36,897 nucleotides of DNA from Vezdaea acicularis (lineage: Eukaryota). The DNA lies in contig JAPEUI010000066.1 of NCBI GenBank assembly GCA_026025075.1, forward strand, positions 62,001-98,897. Direction: 5' to 3'. The position numbers and the translations under genes were made by a program. Positions 22,901 to 32,233 of this stretch are shown here, in pieces. Under the pieces are notes generated by a model. It saw nothing but the letters and a program-made list of their open reading frames with translations. It did not search any database and was not told the DNA's origin. Position 1 is the first letter of the stretch; each line of letters begins with the position of its first letter.

Positions 22901-24669
22901 GGTACGAGGCCATGTCCCAAAAGGGACATCCTTCGAATCTTGCGTCCGCCGTCAGCATCTGTATGCCGTTATTACCGTGTCTGGCATCGCGGTGAACGTG
23001 GGACGAGAGACGATCGTGCTTTGCAGCGGACGAGGGTCGGGGCGGGGGTCATAAAAAGGTCTTCGGTTAACCTTGACGCAGCTCGTTTCCGTCTCTTCAA
23101 TCACCGGGCCAAAACGTCGACGTCGTGCGTGTGTAAGCAGTTCGAGCTTTCGGGATGTGCGTCAGAAGCTTTTCCCTTGACGAGAGATGGGGGCACGTAC
23201 CCTCTCGCCATGCTGCGAGGCCTGCTCGACGGGGCGGGCCAGTCACACTCGACCACCCCCCGGAAAGGCATCAGCGGCAGCAGGACCCCATGCACATCAT
23301 TCCGCCGCCGCCGCCACGCTCCACCACGGGCGACGGTCTGCGCGACGGAGCCGTCCACGACCAATGACGCGCGGGCCGAGTTCCTCCAGTCGCGTCCGCC
23401 GCCCGCCGCCCCCGCGAACGCCTTCTCGTCCGCGATGACGCCCCTTCTCGCGCTCCTGCTCCTGGACTTAGACTTGCCTGATCGGTACGGATACGTGGTA
23501 CGGTCGCTCTTCACGCCCACGAGCACGGGTGCCGATAAGATCCCGACCGCGAGCCAGAACCAGGGCATTGGTTGTTGCGCCGGGCGCGGAACGAGATGCG
23601 GAGGACGAAGTAAGCGGTACTTACGTTTCGCCGGCGCAGGATTCGCCGGAGGATGGGAAAAGGTCAAATCTTCAGTCGGTTCGCCCATGATCGCCCGCTG
23701 TTACCATGGCGCATACGATATCGATGCGGAAATGCTGGCAAGAATCGGCAGCGGGGCCGATGGGGTCGAGTCGGGGCATGGCCTTTTCTCAATTGCCTTT
23801 CGTTCGATCTTCCTCCACCTCATCTCTCCTCCTGGTCCTCCTCCCTCTGTCTCTCTCTTTCCCTATCCCCCCTCCGTCGGCGCCTCGATCTCCAAGCGCG
23901 TTGGAGCGTACGCGCAAGCATGGAGCATGGGCGCACGGAGGGGCGAACAGGGTTCAACAGCAGCCTTCAGCCAGAAAGCCATCGCGCCATGCACCGCTCT
24001 CCGCTTCGAGAACGGTGGAGCCTCCCGCTATTGCGCAATTAACTTCGCTAACTTTGGCAGACGAGAGGGGAGGGGGGCGTGGGAGGAGGAGGGAGAGGAG
24101 GAGGGGGGGAGGAGGGGGCCTTGGGAAGGTCTGAGGGACAGGCCATCGCAAGCCAGCGCAGGCCCCCCCTCCGAAGCTCTCCCTGGCTGCTTTTCGCCCT
24201 TCCACCCTCTCGACCAACACGCGCTTCACCCCGTCCACCACCCTCAGAGGCAAGCGCGCAAAAGCAATCCTGGCTCTGGCTCACGTAGCTCCCCCCTCCA
24301 TGTCGCGCAGGTGGCCCTAGTGTGGCCGTTGCGAAGGGCGGAACTTCGCGCGAGACGCCTCCTCCAACCCCATCCACTCTCTTACTTCATTGCTCTAAAG
24401 CCTCCGGTCTTGCGCCCGGAACAGACAGGTCGCATCGAACAAACTTCGACCGTGTCCTCCGCGAGAGGCCTTTAATCCAGCTCGCCAGTGCTTTTTCCTT
24501 TTTCTCGATCATGCGTTGCGAGGCCGCCCATGCCGTCGCACGAGACGCTGTCGGACCCGTCGCTGTGGCTTGTGCGTCCTTCGACCTCGTCCACCGCGTG
24601 CACCTCCTCCACGCATGGTTGCTCCCCATGCTATTTAGTTTCCGATGCCTCGGGCTGGAGGAGTGCCTT

Positions 24670-24840
24670 TACCTCACCTCACCTCTTCTCACCTCCTCTC
24701 ACCTTCACCCTCACTCACTCACTCGTTGTCACGGCCATGGCAACGGTATAAATTTCCTCGAACCGTGGTCGAGTCCGTCCACTCTCTTTCTCCTCCACCA
24801 CCCCCTTCCTCACGTTCGTTAGCCGCGTCTTCCCTCGTAC
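24670..24840 (+). promoter_or_regulatory. Probable core promoter of the GT2/cps1 gene: TATAAAT at 24747-24753 flanked by CT-rich tracts
   Basis: A canonical TATAAA lies about 130 nt upstream of ATG 24883, with pyrimidine tracts on both sides, as is common in filamentous-fungal promoters. Confidence 0.45.
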
Positions 24841-24882
24841 GGAACCCTTTACCATTATCTAAGCAATTTGTCCGCTCCAAGC

Positions 24883-26452
24883 ATGGTCTCATATCTTCAT
24901 GCCTTCATCTTTCTATGGTAAGTGCTCCCCCGTGGAGCTCTCGGGCGCGTCAGGACCCCCCACCCTCTACTCGAGGTTTAAAAAGCTGAGGCCTTCGCAC
25001 GTGCTAGGTTGTATCGCTATGTGCGGTTGATCGTCAATTGCATATCTCACTGGACCTTTAAGCCTATTCCACTCCCGGAAAAACCCAGCTTGACTCCTGC
25101 GGACGTCACGGTCATTATACCCACCATCTTGACTGCGCAGGACAATGGAGCGGAGCTGAGGGAGACCATTCGAAGCTGTTTGGCGACGAAACCTCACGAG
25201 ATTATTCTGGTGACGACGGATGCTTATCGTAAGAGCTTATCAGAGCTCACCCGGTCGTTTCATTCCCCTTGTCTACGCGTTCTGTGTGTACCCCATGCCA
25301 ATAAACGGCGTCAGATGTGTCGAGCCATCCCTGAAGTGACAACCGAGATCACCCTGTTTGCAGACGATGATGTTTCCTGGCCCCCTACGATCTTGCACTG
25401 GATGCTGGCGGCCTTTGAGCAGCCCGACATAGGAGGGGTAGGGACGTGCCAGAGGCTCCGCCGCGCGGAGCGGCCCAATTTCTGGCATTTTTTAGGTGCA
25501 CTCTATCTGGAGCGGCGGAATTTCGAAATTTCCGCCACGACTCACCTCGATGGTGGGATCTCGTGCTTGTCCGGTCGTTCCGTCTCCTACCGCACCAAGA
25601 TCCTGCAGGACACGGCATTTACCTATGGCTTCACCCATGAATATTGGCTCCAGAAGTACCGGCTCAATTGTGACGACGATAACTTCATCACCCGGTGGCT
25701 GGTCTCGCATGGGTGGCGAACCCACGTGCAGTACTGTCCGGAGGCGGAGTTGCGGACGACCTTGGAAGAAAACCCGAAATTCTTAAAGCAATGCCTCCGC
25801 TGGTCTCGAAGCAACTGGAGAAGTAATCTGAAGAGCATGTATGGGGGCCAAGTGTGGAGGTACGTCAATGCACTCACTACTTGCCCGACGACGCCCTACT
25901 TCGAAAGGAGGTGTAAGATCCTGAACACATCTGACCTTGACTCTAGACAGCAGCCATGGAGTGCATACGCTCTTCATCTAGCCACCCTTTCGCCGCCCGC
26001 ATTCATAGGCGACACACTTCTCTTCTGGCTCTGCTATCGAGCCGCCGAGCCTTGGGGTGAAAAGGCCCGTTTCTGGACCCTCTGCGCCCTGGGAGCTTGG
26101 GTCTTCCTCAGCAAGTTCATCAAGTTGCTTGGCCACTATATCCGGTATCCGGAAGACGTCATCCTCTTGCCCGTGTCCATATTATTTGGCTATCTGCATG
26201 GCATTATCAAAGTCTACGCCTTTTTCACTCTGGATGTGGTGAGTACCCCTTTCTTACCTCCCTCGTCCGACGTCAGTTCAGAGTATGAGGCTTTTTCAAG
26301 GAATCCGATTGGGATAGTGGTGCCACAGCTGGATGTCGATCACTCAAGCGCTAACGAAAATAATGCTACTCTAGACAACCTGGGGAAGCCGAGAAGGCGC
26401 CGACGCGGATGATGTCTACCGCATGATACGGCTCAGCAAGCACGAGAAGTAA
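24883..26452 (+). CDS. cps1: Glycosyltransferase family 2 polysaccharide synthase, Cps1/CpsA-like (hyaluronan-synthase-like)
   Basis: Exons 24883-24917, 25008-25859, 25947-26238 and 26375-26452. Motifs: DVTVIIPT, ANKRRQM, FADDDV (DxD), CLSGRS, DDDNFITRW, QCLRW (QxxRW), C-terminal TM helices and TTWGSREGAD. Confidence 0.9.
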
Positions 26453-27939
26453 ATTGCATGGGGAATCGAGCATCACACGATCAGCATTGATGACCTTCTG
26501 ACGACTGCCGACGTTCACCACTGGGCTTTCCTTCGTCGATAATTCGACTCTGATTTCGATTTTTGCGCACGGACCTCTACCCTCGGAGCGGGGACTTGCC
26601 AAGATTCCCAGCCCTTCCTTTCGGGGCGTTTTTCGATGCCACCACGATACCAGGGTCACTTACTCCTTTTTCATTCCTGATTCACCACAAGCGTCGGTCA
26701 AAGCTGCGGCTTGTTTTCGACGCCAGTCCTCACTCCATTTGGCATCATCTTTTATTTGCGTTGAAGCTGGACGACAAAAGTTGATTTGAATATGGGCGAG
26801 TTCGATTCGCATCTCCCGGCGTGATGGGGCATTGCTTGGGTGCTTGGGCCTGTTTCTCAAAAGTGATATTTTTCCGTTCGAACTCTCGGGCTCGGGGGCA
26901 TGGCGAAGACGTCCGAGAGCGGCGGGTCTCTTCAATCTCCGTGTGCATATCACACGGGGGTCATCACGGCATCTATTGGGTGGATAATAGTAATTCATTA
27001 AAATTTGACGATACGTAAGCGGCAACAAGAAGTTCCCATCCCCGTCATCCACATGGTTGGCCGGATACAGAAAACATGTGGTGTCTGGTACGGTACCAGG
27101 GAAACTGCGTGATGAGGTGGAGGGCGTGAAGCAGCGGCCGCCGGATCACGAACCGGCCCTTGGTCAAGCGAGGGTGATTTAAGGCGGACCCCTAACCCTT
27201 CTTTCCGTTTATATCTATCGTGCGTCATGTGCGATGCAGCAAGGCACCAGGATCCGGCAGGAGGGGACCATGATTAGATTGGAAGCACGTGAAAGGTATC
27301 TTATCGGGAAGGGGGGATGAAAGCCGAATGTCTCCTACGTCGCCCCAGCCGTGACCGAATGGGAAAATATCTTCTCCACTCGAGTTAACTACTTCCCAAT
27401 CGAGACAATGAGTGTGCAGTCATTGGCGAGTACACGGCTGCGTGTGGGCGAGATTTGACGAGGGTCTTTTAATATGGTTGGGGGGCACTCGGCAGGAACA
27501 AGCTGTAGAATCCGTGGTGATGCGGTACGTAATTGGCATCGGCAGGGGCGGGGGGGGGTGGGGGGTGGGAGTATCTCATTGTAGAAGGGCGTCGATGGCA
27601 ATGGAAGGGTCTTCCCTCTTCACGTTCTGCATCCTGCAACACGACGGTGGTGCATATGCGAGCAAGCAGAAAAGTCGATCGCTTTAGCAGGAAACCCTCT
27701 CCCCAGCATGATCCTTGCGCCGAACCTTCGGCGTGCGAAAGACTAAAGACGCCGGGTGCGCATGGGAAGACGCACGGCTTGGCCATGCTCCTTTCGGCTG
27801 GACGGCCGGCCGATAACCGATCAACGGCTAGCGCGGCGGATCATGTCTTAGCCTATTTGCACCGTCTCCATTTTTACTCAGTAGGGCATCTCCAGGACGG
27901 GTTAAAGCGTCGAACGGTGATTCGTTAGTTCATGTTGAA

Positions 27940-28350
27940 CATGATAAATGGTTGACCCGACTCGGAACTTTACCCTTGCTTTATAAGAAGCAATCGTGGG
28001 ACCTGCGCTTACCTCTATGGGTAAAGATGGAGTCACTCGGACGTTTACCCCTTTTCCTCCTTTCGACATGAGCGATTGGGGGAAGTGGGGATACTTGAGT
28101 GAATTGGAAGGTCACTCCATTTGGATGAAGCAACCGGGGGAACTCCGGTTACCTTTATGGGTAAAAAAAAAAGTCACTTGGACGTTTAACCTTTTTTTCA
28201 CACCAGAGAGGCAACTGGGAGAACTCCGCTCACCTTCACGGGTGAAGAGGAAGTGAAGAGGAAGCTGAACTTTTTCGTTTCGAAAGGGGCAATTGGGGAA
28301 ACTTCGGTTACCTTTGCGGATGAAGACGGAGTAAATACACAAAATCCTTT
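27940..28350. repeat. Degenerate tandem repeat with a ~78-82-bp period and about 5 copies
   Basis: Units begin near 27990, 28072 (truncated), 28130, 28211 and 28289, with a partial unit at about 27958-27977. The shared core is GCAAYYGGGRGAACTCCGSTYACCTTYAYGGGTRAAGA...GTCACTYGGACGTTTA. Confidence 0.75.
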
Positions 28351-28808
28351 CACGACATCGTTGCTCTTGTGATTCACCGCAAGATCCAACGATAATTCAA
28401 TCATTAATCTACAGAAGTGCCCCTTTGGCCCGAAAGAAATTAAATCAAGAGCTCGTGCTATTGCCGCGTCTTTGGTGCCTTGTGAATTTCGACGCTGCAT
28501 AGCTGACGTTGCCAAGCCCAAGGTTGCATCTGACAACGGCAAAAACGAAGATGTTAGCATGATAATGGTGATGGTGATGGCGATGTCCGCTTTTCTCCTT
28601 GGAAGACCAGAAGCCTTAGGGGCAGCCAAAGCTACAACGTGAAACGCTGTTGCCGCCGTAATGGCGAAATTGGCGACGTGTTTGCCCCGCCAAGCACCCC
28701 CACTATGAAGCACACCGCCGTCTCACCCATGAGAGCTACACTTCACCTAAACTCTCCATTTGAGCAGGCGATCGCAGGAAATTACATCATCAACACTGCT
28801 CTATCACC

Positions 28809-31703
28809 ATGGGGGCTTGTTCTCCTTCAACCTCTGTTCTCCTTCCTTGCTTAATTGTGCTCTTCCTACTTGCCCGGCCCAGCTATGCATTTGGTGCAGG
28901 TAATATTGCCTCGACAGCTCGTGTCGAGGGGCAGAACTGGAGGCATGGCGACATTGAAGATACTTTGCTGACCATTCTCATCTCACGGGCTGCTGGCGGC
29001 AAAAAGTTCAGTAAGATGGATGTCAAACGTACCTACTTTGGCAATTGGCTTCGAGACTATTCGCAGGCCATTGACGTGGGAACGGTGAAAATGGTCAGCG
29101 CTGAAGCGATACGCATTTTAGTAAGTCATACCTGCCAGACTTCAAACGGAAGGTGCCCTCTTTTTTGGAGGACTGAGACGTCCGCGAACTTTACTACGTC
29201 CGGAATACGTTCACTAACTTCTTCGTAGCTCTGGATTCTCGGCTTCCTTAGTTTTGGATTCGGCACTAAAGAATTTGAGGTCACTGCTGAGAGACTAGGC
29301 TGTTATCGTCCCGAGGATCATATTGATAATCCCAAGGATTATGCGGACAATCTCGATGCGCGCGAATATGATCCACGTCTACGAGGCCCCGTCGACGAAC
29401 GTCGAGAATTGGCAATTGATCCGAATACTGGTCTAAAGAATTATATTGCAAACGAGCGGATCGGGATCACTACGTCTGCTGGACATGTCCGCAATCTATT
29501 CGGCCGAAGCGTCGATCTAGGGAGACGTTTTGCTCGCAACAAGGACAAGGCAGACCTCTATGAGGCGCTAAGGCTGCTAGGAACTGGCCTTCACTGCCTG
29601 GAGGACTATGGTGCTCATTCAAACTATACGGAACTCGCTCTGATTGAGCTAGGAGAACGCAACGTTTTTCCTCACGTCGGTCGGCAGACCACACTGACTA
29701 TTCCGGGAGCTCGACACCCTGTATATCCTATCATCACTGGCACTTTTGGTGGGGTTGACTTTTTGCATTCGGTGATGGGTGAACTCAGTGACAAGACAAC
29801 GCAATCTGAACTTCAAGAGCTGGAAGGTACAATGACGGAATCCGAGAATAGCGGAGAAAATACTAGCTTGATCTCGAGTCTTCTTTCTCAGCTGCCCGCT
29901 GGACTGGTAGGAGGTGATCAAAGTGGTAAAGTGGATCAGCTGCAGGCAAATTCCCAGGCAGCGCAAATGCAGAACTTACACGTCACCCCGAAGCAGCCAG
30001 AAGCGTTCACTCGTCAAATGCAAGATATGTCGAAACAGATCTATCCCATCTTGGAATGGCACGATGACATAATGCAATCAATCAACGAAGCCATCGAGCA
30101 AATTCCTGTCTTACCAGACCTTATCGAGCAAGTTCAAGATCAGATATCCGTCTTTGTTTTCTCTTTGCTTGCGCCGTTCGTGCTGCCTATTATCCGGCAA
30201 GTCAAGACAGAGCTTGCAACCGGCTCGTCAGAAGTGATCGCAAGCAGCCGCGAGAAACAGCTGATTGTCTTCCGGGACGACAGGTCGACAGACCCAACCC
30301 ATTCGATGCTCTCCAAGGATCACTTCAGCAACATGCTCAATGAGCCGGCAGGAAAAGTGGCAAGCCAGGTGGTAAAGTGGGTAGCTCCCCAATTAATCGC
30401 TTGCTGGGACGACGAGCGAATCGATCTCCCACGCACTTTGAATCGTATCATCGCTGGCGTATTCCATCACCCTGCTATGCGTGAGTATGGGGATGACGGC
30501 GCTGTGGACTGTCGACGAGGAATGTTCACCGTGGTAGAACAATGGTGGGGAGCTAAGTCGGAGGATGAACGTGCGTTCCTGAGAGATTCCTTATCTCGTG
30601 AAGGTGTAGAGCAGGGTCGCAATCATAAGGAAGGTGTGCACGATACTGGCCACGGCTGTGGGAAGCCTCTTAGTGCGAAGAGTATGAGCGGCTCGAGTGG
30701 TAGTGGCGGCCTAGGTGGTGTTGGTGCCTTAGGAGGGCTGGCTGGAATCCTAGCGGGTGGAACCGGAGCCGCAGCTTTGGCAAGTGGGATGGGAGGAGAC
30801 TCGAAAAGCGGTGTAATGGGAAGCTCGGGAGGATATGGTGCAGGCAGTGCGGAAGCCTATTCCGGCAGTCATACGACTGGCTACGCCGGGGCTGGCACGG
30901 GAGCTGTCATGGGCGCTGGCCTCGGAGCCGGCTCGACTCAAGTTGCCTATGGCGAGCAACAGCAGCCTCCCTATGGCCAACAGCAGCAGCAGCCCATCTA
31001 CGGTCAACAACAAGAGCAGGCCAGCAGTTCCAGTGGAGGTGGCATGGGCAAAATGGCGGCTGCAGGGCTAGGTGGCGCTGGCCTCGGTGTGCTTGCAGGT
31101 GGACTCCTTGGTGCCGCATTTAGCGGCGATGACGACAAGTACAAGAAATACGACAAAAAATATGAGGATGATGGATCGTACACGGAGTCTTATACTGAGG
31201 CTGGTCGCCGTCAAGATCGCTACCAGGGCGACCAAGAAGAGTACGGGCAAGCCGAGTACAGCCAGACGACGTACCCGTCGGGCGGCGGGAGAGAGACGTA
31301 CCAGCGCTACGGCCAAGAAGGTGGAAGCGGCTATAGGTATGAGCAGAACACCGAAGTGACACCTGGATATGGAGGTGGGTACGAGGAGACAACGACGGAG
31401 ACACGAGTAGAAAGTGGTGGCGGAGGATATTCTCAGGAGACCGAGTAAGTATAAGCCCACCCAAGATGACATTGATTCGGACCCCTGGCTGAACGACCCT
31501 GCAGCCGATATACGTCAACAGAGGCCAGTGGATACGGCGATGGAAATTATCAACAAGAACAGAGCTATGAGAGGGACGACGGGCGCGGGGAGGAGCAGGG
31601 AGGTAGCAGTTCCGATAGCGATAGGGGCAATGGCGGAGGACTCGGAGACGCCGTAGAAGACTTTGTTGAGGATGTGGCTGAGGACGTGGGAGGAGGCTGG
31701 TAG
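28809..31703 (+). CDS. hetC: HET-C domain protein (het-C/TinC family) with signal peptide and long Gly/Tyr/Gln/Ser-rich C-terminus
   Basis: Exons 28809-29120, 29229-31444 and 31505-31703. After the signal peptide come AFGAGNIAS..VEGQNWRHGDIED, YFGNWLRDYSQA, LGCYRPEDHIDNPKDYA, LHCLEDYGAHSNY, TGTFGGVDF and DPTHSMLSKDHFSN. Confidence 0.93.
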
Positions 31704-32233
31704 ATATAGGCTCCAAGACGAAAGTAGAGCTCAATCTCAATCACTACCGTTGTGAGTGAAGATGCCAAGGTAAGGTCTCGACCTATGGATTGATGCAAGC
31801 GTCATTCCCTGCTCTTCTGTGATACGCCATCTTCCTGCTATGGATGTAGAGACGAACCCAATTCTCTATAATCATACTTGGCAGCCTTCAGATGGCTTGC
31901 ATGATATCGTGATGTCTGCTGAAGCATCTCGCAGGAAGGAGCACGGAGTGGCGGGGACATAGGGTTTCCCCAATGTGTTAGGTTCCATTCCATTCATTGC
32001 GATGAACACTAATGCGTTAAATGTCTTTGCAGTCGCAAATTGACTTAGAGAAGGGTATTCTAAATGATAGTCCCAGAATAAACGTGCTTAAAAGCTATAA
32101 AACCTTAGAATTCCTAGAGTGTATAATCTCTAAGAGCACCAAATAACACAATAAACGCACTTTCCATTTCCCTTATCAGGTGAAACAATGCTAGATAGTA
32201 TCAGATCGGCTTCACAGTGACCCGCGCCGATCC

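Noticed and set aside
24737..24751. Mini-uORF ATG GCA ACG GTA TAA (MATV*) in good context upstream of cps1
   Set aside because: It overlaps the probable TATA box, so it likely lies upstream of the transcription start; it would matter only if a longer leader exists.
26780..26830. GAGTTCGATTC, resembling a tRNA T-loop/B-box
   Set aside because: No cloverleaf stems or A-box could be built around it.
27940..28350. CRISPR-like repeat-spacer interpretation of the ~80-bp array
   Set aside because: The context is eukaryotic, the units are degenerate along their whole length rather than identical repeats with unique spacers, and there are no cas genes.
28809..31703. A het-c/pin-c-type incompatibility locus
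   Set aside because: No adjacent HET-domain (pin-c-like) gene is visible; the neighbours are cps1 and a CAX exchanger, so an allorecognition function cannot be inferred.
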